DNA of 64,000 bases from a virus, in the IMG/VR virus record IMGVR_UViG_3300042197_002243. One strand, written 5' to 3'. The notes under the pieces were generated by a model. That model was not told where the DNA came from. It worked only from the letters and a program-made list of their open reading frames with translations, and ran no database searches. A program made the translations under genes and the position numbers. The stretch's first letter is position 1. Each line of letters begins with the position of its first letter. Positions 34,192 to 44,549 of this stretch are shown here, one piece after another.

Positions 34192-35904
34192 TCAGGCTAC
34201 CATACTAGAAAAACCTTTGAGTTTTTCGAATCGAAGGACACTTTCGAATCTGTCCTCCAATCCAGACTTGTGAGAAATCACAAAAACATTTACGTTAGTA
34301 ATCACATAACGAATAATCTTAAGAAACTCTTCAGTTCCAAATCCATCAAGAGAGGAATCAAACACTTCATCCATGATTAAAAGATTTGTATTGACCGAAT
34401 TTTTAAATCGAGCAACTTCCCGCCACGTAAAGAGAAGAGATAAATCAATTCTCATCTTTTCTCCTTCACTAAAAGAGGCATAAGAAAAATCTTCATGAAT
34501 TGGAGACTGAACGGTTTCGTTGAACTCTTCATCAAGAGTAAAATTAATATAAAAGTCCATCATTTGAAGGAACTTATTAACCTGCTGATTGATCAGAGGA
34601 AGATACTTCTTGATGATTTGAGATTTAACTCCACCGTCTTTGAGCAGACTATACGAAAAATCGTAATGTCTGATAGTGTCTTTTTTAGAAGCGAGCTCGT
34701 CGTATGTGGTTTTTAAATTGTCTTTGAAGGATTCTAATTTTTCATGTTCAGAATTTCTGTTTGCAAGGTTCTCGGTAATAGTTTGAATTTCAGATTCAAG
34801 ATCTCTGATTTGTCTCTGACATCCAGCGATCTTAGTATTGTTTTGAGAAATGCCATGCGTTAGTTTAGTGATCTCCTTCGATAGTTCTATAAATTGACGC
34901 TCTCGCTTCTCTTCTTCTTTGATTGCTTCCTCTAACTCTTTATAGCCGGATTGCAACTCCTTTGCTTTATCTTGAGCGTCTGCAATTCTATTTAACCGAA
35001 ATTCTTCCTCAATCGTTTGGGTGCAAGTAGGGCAGACCGTATTTTCTGTGAAAAACTTATGCTCTGAAGTAATTGCGGATACTTTTTGCGAGATCTTTCC
35101 TTTGAGACTTCCCAACTTACGAAGCTTGTCTGTTGCTCCAATATAGTTTTCTAGTTGTTTTTCCGATAATTGACATTTATTAGAAATCTCGATATTTTCA
35201 TCCATATAATTGCCAACTTCAATATCTAACTTGGCAATCTTTTCTTTATTGGTATTAATATTGGCATTACCACGATTCTCCAACTCTTCGATAAAGTTTT
35301 GCTGCATCTCAACTTTATCTTTCAAGTTTTCTTTTTTCAATTCTAGAGTTTTGATTTCTTCCCTGAGTTGACGAATTTTTTCCTTAATTACAACATTCAT
35401 CGACGAAAAGATCTTAATGTCTAAAAGATCTTCAATCACTTCTCTGCGATTTGCAGCTGACAATTGCATGAACGGAACAAAAGTACTTGAACCCAAAATC
35501 ACAATTTGAGTAAAAGACTTGTAGTTCATTTTAAGAACATTTTGTTCCAACCATCTTTGTTGATCTGATGTAGCGGATGATTGATCCAACAAAGAATCAT
35601 TTCTATAAATTTCAAAAAGATTTGGTTTAATTCCTCGGACAATTTTCCAATTTGTTGTTCCGATCGAAAACTCTACCTCAACTAAACAGTCCTTTTCATT
35701 TACACTATTGATTAGTTGTGGTTTATTAATTTTGCGAAAAGGTTTTCCAAACAGAGAAAAAGTAAGTGCATCCAACACAGTACTTTTTCCAGCACCATTT
35801 GATCCAACAATCAATGTTGTGTTGTGTTTTTGAAAATTAATTTCTGTAAATTGATTGCCAGTAGAAAGAAAATTTTTCCAGCGAATCTTTTCAAATAAAA
35901 TCAT
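34192..35904 (-). CDS. gp46: recombination endonuclease ATPase subunit (Rad50/SbcC-like)
   Basis: GSNGAGKS, CPTC hook, FSEGEKMRIDL, MDEVFD. Confidence 0.97.
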   Translation of the reverse strand: MILFEKIRWKNFLSTGNQFTEINFQKHNTTLIVGSNGAGKSTVLDALTFSLFGKPFRKINKPQLINSVNEKDCLVEVEFSIGTTNWKIVRGIKPNLFEIYRNDSLLDQSSATSDQQRWLEQNVLKMNYKSFTQIVILGSSTFVPFMQLSAANRREVIEDLLDIKIFSSMNVVIKEKIRQLREEIKTLELKKENLKDKVEMQQNFIEELENRGNANINTNKEKIAKLDIEVGNYMDENIEISNKCQLSEKQLENYIGATDKLRKLGSLKGKISQKVSAITSEHKFFTENTVCPTCTQTIEEEFRLNRIADAQDKAKELQSGYKELEEAIKEEEKRERQFIELSKEITKLTHGISQNNTKIAGCQRQIRDLESEIQTITENLANRNSEHEKLESFKDNLKTTYDELASKKDTIRHYDFSYSLLKDGGVKSQIIKKYLPLINQQVNKFLQMMDFYINFTLDEEFNETVQSPIHEDFSYASFSEGEKMRIDLSLLFTWREVARFKNSVNTNLLIMDEVFDSSLDGFGTEEFLKIIRYVITNVNVFVISHKSGLEDRFESVLRFEKLKGFSSMVA

Positions 35905-36160
35905 GGTGTGGTGGTGGAACTACGATGTCGTCTTGTGTGATCAAAGTATATCTACAATCTTGTATTTCGCAAGTCTTAAGAATTAAATCATCATCTACTT
36001 CTATAACATGCATTTCTGGAAACCCTTGTTCCTCAAGCATCATTGCAAATCTACATGCATCATCTTCTTCTACAAACAAATAGAGAATAGAATCTCCATC
36101 ATCATCTACAACCGAATATGCTCCTTGATGTTCTTTTCCTTCTATGGTTATGATAAACAT
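35891..36160 (-). CDS. acidic hypothetical protein between g47 and g46
   Basis: GAYSV...LYLFVEEDDACRFAMMLE. Confidence 0.75.
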   Translation of the reverse strand: MFIITIEGKEHQGAYSVVDDDGDSILYLFVEEDDACRFAMMLEEQGFPEMHVIEVDDDLILKTCEIQDCRYTLITQDDIVVPPPHHDFI

Positions 36161-37209
36161 TAAACCAACTCACAGGCTTCTTGATAGATTTCTTGAAGAA
36201 GTGTTTGAATAGTCGATTTGTTTAAATCCACTTCTGCTTCTTCAACATATCTATTTAAGATAGAAAGAGTATCTTCGGATTCGAAATCTGTGAGATCTTC
36301 TTTACCATACCAACCAGTAAAATCAAAGTTTTCAACTACCTTCAATTCTGAAACATTTGATGAATAAAGTTTATCGATAAATTTTTCAAACTTTTTAATA
36401 TCTGATTTTTTTCTTACGATAACTTTAACGATTTTATTTTCGTATTCTCTTGTATCAAATGTTTGGTGTGGAGTGTCCTCATAGTAGATGTTATAAAACA
36501 TTCTATACGGATTATTGATGGGAGTCAACTCCAGAGTGTCAGTATCGAAAATATGAAACCCACGAGCATCGTTTACATCATTCCAATACAGTTCATAGGG
36601 ATTTCCTAAGTAGAAGATTCTTCCATCAGTCGATCGAGTGTGATAGTGGCCCGAGAAGACATAGGTGAACTTCTCAAATAACTTGCTTTCAAGACCATGC
36701 TCCATGACGATTTGGTTATTAACTCTAAATCCTTGGAGCTCAAGGTGCCCCATCGCACACGAGCAAGTTGTATTTTGAATACGTTTGAGAGTAATTTTTT
36801 CATTTTCTGGATTAATCCAAGGTATAAACAAAAGTTTTAGTTTATCCAATTCAACTTCAGTTGCTTCAGAATAAACTTTTACATTATCATATTCTCTTAA
36901 GAGAAGATCGACAGAATTAAGGTTGTTTGTATTCTTATAATAGGTTGTATGGTTACCAACAATCGTGTGAACCGTACATCCAAGATTCTTAAGGCGATCA
37001 TAGTAATTATTTTTAGCCCATGCAAGAGCAGAAAAATCAATACCTTTACGACTATCAAAGGTATCACCCATATCCACAACTGTGGTAATACCTTCTTTTT
37101 CTAGAGTTGGAAAAAATACATTATTATAAAATTCCAGAAAAAAGTCATGAAAAAGTTTGGAGTTTTTTCTTGCTCCAAAATGCTGGTCCGTAATGATTGC
37201 GACTTTCAT
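36160..37209 (-). CDS. gp47: recombination nuclease subunit (Mre11/SbcD-like)
   Basis: TDQHFG, GDTFD, GNH, GHLE, SGHYH. Confidence 0.97.
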   Translation of the reverse strand: MKVAIITDQHFGARKNSKLFHDFFLEFYNNVFFPTLEKEGITTVVDMGDTFDSRKGIDFSALAWAKNNYYDRLKNLGCTVHTIVGNHTTYYKNTNNLNSVDLLLREYDNVKVYSEATEVELDKLKLLFIPWINPENEKITLKRIQNTTCSCAMGHLELQGFRVNNQIVMEHGLESKLFEKFTYVFSGHYHTRSTDGRIFYLGNPYELYWNDVNDARGFHIFDTDTLELTPINNPYRMFYNIYYEDTPHQTFDTREYENKIVKVIVRKKSDIKKFEKFIDKLYSSNVSELKVVENFDFTGWYGKEDLTDFESEDTLSILNRYVEEAEVDLNKSTIQTLLQEIYQEACELV

Positions 37210-37704
37210 TCAGTATCTAAGTTTAGAATACACGGCATCCTTAATAGAATTATAGTCGGAATAGTTTGATCCGTCAACACCACCGTCTTCAAAAACTTCA
37301 TCAAATCCACTGCTTTCCAGAATTTTATTTTTAATTTCAAGTTGCTTTTTTTCCTTTTGAATTCTCCTCAGAAAAGCATAGTGAATAATCTGAGTGAAGT
37401 ATGCAAAAGGGTTTTGAGATTTCTGTGGATCAAAGTTATGAATATACTGAACACAGTTTTCAATACCGTCACAAATCATGTCATCCTTGAACATGTAGTT
37501 GACAAAGTTTGGTTTAAATGATAAATGTGTTGCAATCTTCAAAAAACATTCTCCAATATAATTTGGAATAGGAGGTTTTGGTTTTCCTTTAATCAATGCA
37601 ATTTCTTTATCTTCACGATACTTAATTAAAGCTGCAAGAAATTCTTTATTATTAACGTAGTGTTCTGACCTTTTTCTCTTGGTCATAATTGCTGTAGTTA
37701 TCAT
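37210..37704 (-). CDS. gp55: late sigma factor
   Basis: HYVNNKEFL...IGECFLKIA...DGIENC...NPFAYFTQI. Confidence 0.96.
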   Translation of the reverse strand: MITTAIMTKRKRSEHYVNNKEFLAALIKYREDKEIALIKGKPKPPIPNYIGECFLKIATHLSFKPNFVNYMFKDDMICDGIENCVQYIHNFDPQKSQNPFAYFTQIIHYAFLRRIQKEKKQLEIKNKILESSGFDEVFEDGGVDGSNYSDYNSIKDAVYSKLRY

Positions 37705-37728
37705 TAGGGTAACTCATAATATGTATGA

Positions 37729-37757
37729 ATTATAGCATTTTTACAAATGCTTGACAA
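37729..37757 (-). promoter_or_regulatory. sigma70-type promoter of g55
   Basis: TTGTCA-17-TATAAT. Confidence 0.75.
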
Positions 37758-37779
37758 GTAACAGAAATATGTGTAGAAT
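37751..37779 (+). promoter_or_regulatory. divergent antisense sigma70-type promoter
   Basis: TTGACA-17-TAGAAT on the plus strand, no sense gene downstream. Confidence 0.6.
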
Positions 37780-37805
37780 ACCTTTGTCCGGGTTAAAGAT
37801 GAGGC

Positions 37806-38198
37806 TTAGCTATCTTTAAATAACTTTTCTAAGATCTCTTTAGCATCATTGATATTGGAAATATAACCCATGTTTCTGTTCAGTTTTGTTTGCTTTGTCT
37901 TTACCTTTTCAGATTGTCTGATGTAGGACTGATAGAGAGTGATCATTTGAATATCAGAAGATTCACTCATTGTAAGGATATCATCCATGTTCAGAATGAA
38001 CATGTCTTCAGTGGTTGTTTTTAACCATGGTTCTAGTTTATATCCCATAATTCCCATTCTTCCTTTGATCTCAGAAATAAGAATTGGATTTGATATTAAA
38101 AGAAGTGTTCTATCTTCTTCTTCGGTAGCGGCTACCTTAGCGAAGATTTCTTCTCCTGTTTTTAATTTGAGTGTTGCATAAAAATCGTCTTCGATCAT
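37806..38198 (-). CDS. hypothetical protein between uvsW and g55 (Sm-like N-terminus)
   Basis: LKLKTGEEIFAKV; synteny. Confidence 0.8.
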   Translation of the reverse strand: MIEDDFYATLKLKTGEEIFAKVAATEEEDRTLLLISNPILISEIKGRMGIMGYKLEPWLKTTTEDMFILNMDDILTMSESSDIQMITLYQSYIRQSEKVKTKQTKLNRNMGYISNINDAKEILEKLFKDS

Positions 38199-39673
38199 AT
38201 CTTTAACTGAATCGTGATTATATCATAATTAAAATTTTCTTCATTGTATATTTTTACTCTTTCAATAAAATGATTTAAAGTATAGTTTTTTCTTGATTTA
38301 TATGTACAATCGTCAGAGATGTCGTAGAGTACTGCTTCAGATTTATTTTTTCCTTTTCTAAGTACTCTTCCAATCGATTGTAAATTTCTAATTCTCGACT
38401 TACTGGGTGAAGCGAAGATAACATTGTGGAGTCTTTTAATATTAATACCAGTAGAAAAAGTTCCATAAGAGGCAACGATAATAGCGTTGTTTTCCCTTTC
38501 AGTAATTTCTCGAACTAACTCTCTTTCTTCAGTATCAACTCCACCATGTACAAAAAATACCTTGCGGTCGTCACTCTTATCATTATTTATCTTTTCGTAG
38601 AGTACTGCTCCGTGGGCTTCAACTCTTGCAAAAAGAACAAGTGTGTTTCCTTTTAGATCTAGTGCAAGGTTCTTAATAAATTTGTTTCTTTGTTCATGTG
38701 ATATTAAATACTGAATTTCATCCTCATAAGTTTCAAATTTTTGTGGAGGATGTTTCAAGACTAAACAGCGAATATTGAGTTGAGAAAGATGTCCTTGTCT
38801 CATCAACTCTTCAGTTTTAGTTACCTTATATGATGGTCCAAACAATCCTTCCAAAACCCACTTATGAGTTTGAGTCCCATCCAATGTTCCAGTAAAACCA
38901 AAACGATATTTTGCATGATGCAATTTTGTCATTATAGATATTAATGACTTACTCTTAAAGAGATGAGCTTCATCTCCAATGATTACATTGTAATCTTCAA
39001 AGAATGTTCGATCCAATTTATAAATTGATTGCCAAGTAGTAATTGTAATTGGATGTTCATTTGTTTTTTCTTTTCCTGCGTATATTTGATGACAGCATGA
39101 CTCAACATCCATCCCATAATCATGAAAATCCCCGTATAGTTGACTTACAAGACTGGTCGTTGGAACGACTACAAGAATTTTTTCGTTCCTATCCATATAA
39201 TAGCGCACGAGGGCGTAAATCATCAGCGATTTACCTGACGCAGTGGGACTTATCAACAACTTTCGATTATGTCGTAGGGCATCATATACTCCCTCAATTT
39301 GGTAGTCCCGAGGAGTATGTGAGCATATAGAATTCATATAATCCTTTACGCCTTCATATGATATTAGTTCGTTAACTTCGAAGGGTAATCCGTAAAATTT
39401 ATTATCTTCAAACCGATATGTGTATCCATACTGCTCACAAAAAGCAATAACCTTGTCTAAGAGACCCACGTAAATTTGTTTGGATCTCATATCAAACAGA
39501 TGAATTTCTCCATTCCAATTTCTACCACGATACTGTGGCATGAACTTTGCATTAGGAACGTCGAATTTAAAATGATCTCTTAACTCATATTCGATATGAG
39601 GTTCAGTTTGAATCTTTAAAAAAACTTCATTAGATTTAGATATAACAAGATTAGCTGCGCTCGTATGAATCAC
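38195..39673 (-). CDS. uvsW: SF2 DNA helicase
   Basis: SPTASGKS, GDEAH, GFTGT, QSIGRVLR. Confidence 0.96.
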   Translation of the reverse strand: MIHTSAANLVISKSNEVFLKIQTEPHIEYELRDHFKFDVPNAKFMPQYRGRNWNGEIHLFDMRSKQIYVGLLDKVIAFCEQYGYTYRFEDNKFYGLPFEVNELISYEGVKDYMNSICSHTPRDYQIEGVYDALRHNRKLLISPTASGKSLMIYALVRYYMDRNEKILVVVPTTSLVSQLYGDFHDYGMDVESCCHQIYAGKEKTNEHPITITTWQSIYKLDRTFFEDYNVIIGDEAHLFKSKSLISIMTKLHHAKYRFGFTGTLDGTQTHKWVLEGLFGPSYKVTKTEELMRQGHLSQLNIRCLVLKHPPQKFETYEDEIQYLISHEQRNKFIKNLALDLKGNTLVLFARVEAHGAVLYEKINNDKSDDRKVFFVHGGVDTEERELVREITERENNAIIVASYGTFSTGINIKRLHNVIFASPSKSRIRNLQSIGRVLRKGKNKSEAVLYDISDDCTYKSRKNYTLNHFIERVKIYNEENFNYDIITIQLKI

Positions 39674-39701
39674 ATCTTTTCATTCATCTTGTTAATATTT
39701 A

Positions 39702-40139
39702 TTACCCCAGTCCAGATTGGAATCTTATAAATTCAATTGCATTCTTAATTTGATACGTTCGGTTTCCAACTTGCTTTAGAATACTTTCAATATAAACAAG
39801 CATTGTTTCATAATAATCAATCTTCAAACAAACTTGAGATAGTTTTTCATCTGCATCGAGATACTTCTGCAGTGTTTCTTTATCTCGAATTTTTTTGGGA
39901 AATGGATTATCGATATAAACTTCTGGATCTGCCTTACCAGAATAATATTCATATCTTTCGTGACGAATATTTCTTTTCTGCTGCTCTGCTTTTTTTCTTA
40001 AAAGTAAAATGTTATTATAAAGTTCAAAGTATTTTGCATGAAGTGTGGGAATGTTTAAAGATTCTGTATGAAGATTATCAACATCAATCTTTGAATCTTC
40101 CTCCCACATTCTTTGTATAGTGTCGAGGTCAAAACTCAT
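39702..40139 (-). CDS. uvsY: recombination mediator
   Basis: DSKID...ESLNIPTLHAKY...YYSGKA...IKNAIEF. Confidence 0.9.
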   Translation of the reverse strand: MSFDLDTIQRMWEEDSKIDVDNLHTESLNIPTLHAKYFELYNNILLLRKKAEQQKRNIRHERYEYYSGKADPEVYIDNPFPKKIRDKETLQKYLDADEKLSQVCLKIDYYETMLVYIESILKQVGNRTYQIKNAIEFIRFQSGLG

Positions 40140-40699
40140 AGTTTATTGCCATTCATATCAGTTATATCATATACAGTATACTTGAAAACTACCTCAGCAG
40201 TCAAATATTCAATATCCGTATCAGTTGCATCAAACTGTAAATTGGATATTGAATATGGCCAAAGATCTCTAAATTTTAATTTAAAATTAGGTTTACTTGA
40301 ACTCGTTAGTACATGAAGAGTTCCATCTGAATAGATGTTCATCAACTTTGTATCACTTGTGTCAACATATTCCTGTTGATTTTGTAAGGCATAGATTTCC
40401 TGTAAACTTTCTGGAAATCCAAGTCCACGAATCCAATTTTGAATTTCCATATAATTCTCAAGATTTTCATCAACCAAAAATCTGAGCGTTAAATCATCAA
40501 ACTCAATTTTATCGCCAGGAGTGTCAATATTCTTAAGATATGATGGTTGCACCGCAATTCCTAAATTGAGACCAGGAATATTTGCGGAGTTTGAAAAAAA
40601 TGCAACCTTAGGTGATCTATTTAATGTAAACTTAAAACCTACAGGAGACAAAAAGTTTCTATTTTGAATCTCCGTAGAAAATGCGTTTCCAGTAGCCAT
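40136..40699 (-). CDS. gp3: tail completion/sheath stabiliser protein
   Basis: NFLSPVGFKF...ANIPG...FLVDENLENY..IQNW. Confidence 0.88.
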   Translation of the reverse strand: MATGNAFSTEIQNRNFLSPVGFKFTLNRSPKVAFFSNSANIPGLNLGIAVQPSYLKNIDTPGDKIEFDDLTLRFLVDENLENYMEIQNWIRGLGFPESLQEIYALQNQQEYVDTSDTKLMNIYSDGTLHVLTSSSKPNFKLKFRDLWPYSISNLQFDATDTDIEYLTAEVVFKYTVYDITDMNGNKL

Positions 40700-40711
40700 T
40701 TTTATTTCTAT

Positions 40712-41188
40712 TTAGATGACTCTTTCCCATCTACTGCCAGGACCATTGTATTTTATTGATCTGCTAATACTACTTTCCAATACACCAGTTTCTATCCTGG
40801 CATCTTTCATCGAATTATAAATTTTTCCAGTTTTTCTATCTTTCACAGATACAATTCTCGATTGTCTAGTTGCCTCTTTGACGTGCTCTGGACAAGATAT
40901 TCCAAATCTTCCACCATCTCCACCTAATGTTGCGTTATAATATGGATTAAGTTTGCTTATCCAATAAATTTCTCTTTCTCCATTATTATCTTTTTTAGTT
41001 TCTTCTATAATTTCCCAAACAAAATTATTTCTACCATATTTTCTTAAAGCATTTGGAAAGGGCATATTTGTTTTTTTATTCATTGCATACCACCAATGTT
41101 TATATTCTCTAACTTTTATTGAACCTTTACATCTACCTACATAAAATTTACCATTAATTTTGTTAGTTGCTTTGTAAATATAAAACAT
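40712..41188 (-). CDS. GIY-YIG homing endonuclease (Seg-like) with C-terminal NUMOD1-like HTH
   Basis: YIYKATNKINGKFYVG...R...ALRKYG..NF...EIYWI...YN...GG; IYNSMKDARIETGV..SSISR. Confidence 0.88.
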   Translation of the reverse strand: MFYIYKATNKINGKFYVGRCKGSIKVREYKHWWYAMNKKTNMPFPNALRKYGRNNFVWEIIEETKKDNNGEREIYWISKLNPYYNATLGGDGGRFGISCPEHVKEATRQSRIVSVKDRKTGKIYNSMKDARIETGVLESSISRSIKYNGPGSRWERVI

Positions 41189-41211
41189 ATCACCAATATT
41201 TTTAACACTAG

Positions 41212-41245
41212 TATTTATAAAAAAAGAGACCCTTTCGGGTCTCTT
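41212..41245 (-). terminator. g23 terminator fused to late promoter
   Basis: AAGAGACCC-GAAA-GGGTCTCTT + T run then TATAAATA. Confidence 0.85.
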
Positions 41246-41265
41246 GTCATTAATGTAAAAATCTA

Positions 41266-42699
41266 TTACATTAAGTTCTTTACCGCAACTCTTCTGTAGT
41301 AGCGGTTGCTGTTAACACGCAGTCTTCCGAGACCCTGGTTTGTACCTTCAGCGAATGGGTTGGCAACAATTCCGTAACGGGTCTTGAAGCCGATTTTTGG
41401 CTGGAAGGAGTTCTCACCAACGGCACGAACCATTTGGAGAGGAACATATGGGCAATAGAAGAGACCTGCATCATAAGGCGAAGAACCCTTATAACCAACA
41501 ACGTAGTACTGGTTGGATCCTTGTGCCAGACCGCTGTTATCAGCAGCCAGGTTTGCCGAATATGGGTCGATATATACGCGATACTTACCTTGGATTGTAC
41601 CAGCGAAGGTGTTGCCGGTATCATCAACGTTCAGGTTAGCGTTGAGTGCAGGAGTGTAGTCGAGAACACCAGCCATGGTCAGTGCTGAAGCAACGTCAGC
41701 AGAGCACATGATGATGTTACCCTTACCGCGACGAGTTCTCTGAGCGATTCTGTTTGCATCTCTTTCGATTTGGAACAGAAGACCCTTGAACTTTTCAACT
41801 GACCAACGACCGTTGGAGTCGATGTCGAGGTCGAATACACCAGCGGTAGCGGTGTTTTCTACAGCACCTTGCTCAGCAATCTTATAGATGGTTCTGATAA
41901 CTTCGCGGTTGATTTCAGCAAGAATCTCGGTTGAGAGAATGTTTGCTAATTCAGCCTCAGCATTCAGACCGTGGATTGCCTTGAGGTCTTGAGCGAGCTC
42001 GAGTGAGTACTCAGCCTTCAGAGCGCGTGACTTTGCAGTAACGGTGACTTTCTCGATCGAGAATGCCATCTGGTTGAAAGCGTTGCTTCCAGTACCATCC
42101 AGGTTCTCTGCATCGCCAGTTGGCATACCTGAACCAACGTTGTACGCGGTTGAGGTTGCAGTACCAACAGGGTTCAGGATTGAAGGGTTGGTGCCACCCT
42201 GAGCAGTTGTACCGATACCAGCAGCAGCATCAGCGAAACCACCAGTAACATCGAATCCAGCATCTTGACCAGAGAATGCGGTATCAACTTCGTTGAAGAA
42301 GGTCTCAGAACCGCTCTGGTTGCTGTAGCGGGAACGCATTGCGAAGATGAGTCCAGTAGGACCACTCATTGGTTGAACGCCAGCCAGGTCATACGCGACC
42401 AGATTTGGCATTGAACGACGGATCAGTGAGATCAGAACGGGGTCGAAACCAGCGGTAGGACCACCAGCAGCAGCAGAGCCACTGAATCCGGTTACACCAG
42501 CACTACTTGCAGTAGCGTTGGTTGGTGCTTCCATCAGGTTCATGCCTGATGAGAATGCTGCTTCCTCACGGAGGAATTTTTCTTGGTTTTCTAACAGGAC
42601 GGCGGTTACCGCTCTACGATGGGAATCTTTGATTGCATCAAGACCCTCATAGTTGAGGAGTGGTGCCCACTTCTCCTGCAGATGCTCGTTGTTGAACAT
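41266..42699 (-). CDS. gp23: major capsid protein
   Basis: KWAPLL, GVQPMSGPTGLIFAMR, KSRALKAEYS.ELAQDLKA.HG, YCPYVPL, GFKTRYG. Confidence 0.99.
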   Translation of the reverse strand: MFNNEHLQEKWAPLLNYEGLDAIKDSHRRAVTAVLLENQEKFLREEAAFSSGMNLMEAPTNATASSAGVTGFSGSAAAGGPTAGFDPVLISLIRRSMPNLVAYDLAGVQPMSGPTGLIFAMRSRYSNQSGSETFFNEVDTAFSGQDAGFDVTGGFADAAAGIGTTAQGGTNPSILNPVGTATSTAYNVGSGMPTGDAENLDGTGSNAFNQMAFSIEKVTVTAKSRALKAEYSLELAQDLKAIHGLNAEAELANILSTEILAEINREVIRTIYKIAEQGAVENTATAGVFDLDIDSNGRWSVEKFKGLLFQIERDANRIAQRTRRGKGNIIMCSADVASALTMAGVLDYTPALNANLNVDDTGNTFAGTIQGKYRVYIDPYSANLAADNSGLAQGSNQYYVVGYKGSSPYDAGLFYCPYVPLQMVRAVGENSFQPKIGFKTRYGIVANPFAEGTNQGLGRLRVNSNRYYRRVAVKNLM

Positions 42700-42743
42700 T
42701 TGCGTTTACCTTTGTGAATGTTTGCGTTTGATTAATGTTAAAT

Positions 42744-43841
42744 TCAGTTCTTAGCAACAGCTTGAAGAGTTCTCAGGTATGCAGCCATTGGACCCGAAAT
42801 AGATTCAGGTGATTGATCTACACCCTCAGAGAGAGTTTCAGTGTGTGCCTTTGGAGTTTTATTCGCTGGGAAATATGATTCCTTCAGCATCTCCAGTTTT
42901 TCACGATATTCTTCGTCACTTTCAAACTCAACACTTTCGGCAAGTGAAGCGAGCTTTTCTTTCTGAGTAACAGCAAGTCCCTCAGAAACTTGATCTAAGA
43001 TTCCATCAGCAACCGACTCTGCGAGACGCTTGTTAAGGGAAACGTTTTTCTCAATTTGCTCGTTGAGTTTTGTCTCCATTTCATCAAGTTTTTCTACCAT
43101 GCTCTCTAAAACATCATATTTATCTTCAGGGATTGAAACATAATGATCTTCAAAAAGTCCTCTCATTCCTTGGAGGAATGATTCGGTCATTTCGGTCTTA
43201 AGACCGTGCTCAATTGCGAGTTCGTTTTCTACGAACCACTCTTCTGAAACGTATTCGAGATAAGCATCGACACGCTCAGCGAGTGCTTCTTTGATAACTT
43301 CTACTTCTTCTACAAGTTTTTGCTCATATTGAGCTTCGATTGCTTCTTTAATTTCAGCAACCTTAGACTTCAGAGCAGCTTCAAAGATGGTCTTTGCCTT
43401 TTCTTTGAAACTTTCGGAGAGTTCTTCTCCGCCGAGGAGTGCATTTACATCATCTTCGATTTGGAATGACTCTTCCATCTCCTCTTCTTCTTCCTCTTCT
43501 TCTTCCTCTTCTTCTTCTTTCTTCTTAGCAGCTTCTAAGAGTTCTTCTTCATCTTCTTCAAACTCTTCCTTCATACCCTTCATTGGATCAGCGGATTTTG
43601 CACCTTTATTGACAACATCTCTGACTTGCTTCAGAGTTGCACCAGGAGTCTTCAGCTTTGCTGAATCATCATCGGGACGATAGTTAGAAGGATCTGGACC
43701 ACCAAGATCTTCTACATGTCCAAGTTGTGTACCTGGATCTGCCATATGAGGCATAGATTCCGCTGCCTTAGCATTTGAATTTACGGCAGTTTTGGATTGC
43801 TTAGTGCCTACTTCCATTTCTTGTAAATCTCCACGAGACAT
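42744..43841 (-). CDS. gp22: prohead core scaffold protein
   Basis: Acidic coiled coil, FKEKAKTIFEAA, VDAYLEYV.EEW..EN. Confidence 0.92.
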   Translation of the reverse strand: MSRGDLQEMEVGTKQSKTAVNSNAKAAESMPHMADPGTQLGHVEDLGGPDPSNYRPDDDSAKLKTPGATLKQVRDVVNKGAKSADPMKGMKEEFEEDEEELLEAAKKKEEEEEEEEEEEEEMEESFQIEDDVNALLGGEELSESFKEKAKTIFEAALKSKVAEIKEAIEAQYEQKLVEEVEVIKEALAERVDAYLEYVSEEWFVENELAIEHGLKTEMTESFLQGMRGLFEDHYVSIPEDKYDVLESMVEKLDEMETKLNEQIEKNVSLNKRLAESVADGILDQVSEGLAVTQKEKLASLAESVEFESDEEYREKLEMLKESYFPANKTPKAHTETLSEGVDQSPESISGPMAAYLRTLQAVAKN

Positions 43842-43879
43842 TTGAACTCTCCGTTTAACCTTTGGTTATAAACTATATT

Positions 43880-43887
43880 TATTTATA
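43880..43887 (-). promoter_or_regulatory. late promoter for g22-g23
   Basis: TATAAATA. Confidence 0.75.
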
Positions 43888-43897
43888 ATTTGACAAA

Positions 43898-44548
43898 TTA
43901 CAGATTATTTAAGAAATCATTGAACAGATTCAATTTCTGCTCGTCCAATTTCTTCTGGTCAACAAGAGTATTGATTCTCTTGTAGGTTTTTGTAGCATAC
44001 TTTTCACGAAGAATGCCACCATCCCAAACCCATTCTTTACCTTCCATAATTCCTGATACAAATGCATCAGGAGCAGAAGGATCCGCTACGATATCTGCAG
44101 CAGTTGCAAGCATAAAGTCTTCTCCAACAACGTTGATTCCTTCACGACTAACTCTGAGAGAACCAACACCACGAGAAGAAACACCTAACTTAACACCTTC
44201 AGAAATTAGGGATTCTGCAATTTTACCCATTGGTGTATTGAGGATTTTAGCTTTACCAATGAAGTTAGAACCACTTTCACGCAAAGAAGTAATTTTGTGA
44301 GAAACCCGATCAAGGTTTACAGTAGGGCCATCTGGATGACCAAGTTCTCCAAGAGCTCTTCCTGCCTGAACATGGTTTTCATTATAACGAGCAACTTCAC
44401 GACGAAGAGTTTCCATAGGATACATACGACCATTGCGGTTCTTGATATCCCCTTGAAGGAAAACACCTTCAATATAGAGTGACTTTTTACCGTTGCGTTC
44501 TTCAACGATAAACTCTACTGATTCGATTTCTTCTCTGATGAGTTTCAT
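43898..44548 (-). CDS. gp21: prohead protease
   Basis: NRNGRMYP, GELGHP, GVSSRGVGS, DIVADPSAPDA. Confidence 0.96.
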   Translation of the reverse strand: MKLIREEIESVEFIVEERNGKKSLYIEGVFLQGDIKNRNGRMYPMETLRREVARYNENHVQAGRALGELGHPDGPTVNLDRVSHKITSLRESGSNFIGKAKILNTPMGKIAESLISEGVKLGVSSRGVGSLRVSREGINVVGEDFMLATAADIVADPSAPDAFVSGIMEGKEWVWDGGILREKYATKTYKRINTLVDQKKLDEQKLNLFNDFLNNL

Positions 44549-44549
44549 T

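Noticed and set aside
33414-34380. Plus-strand ORFs of 214 and 100 aa
   Set aside because: Antisense to the vWA-peptidase and g46; no supporting signals
43478-43572. GAA/GAG trinucleotide run
   Set aside because: Encodes the poly-Glu tract usual in gp22 scaffolds
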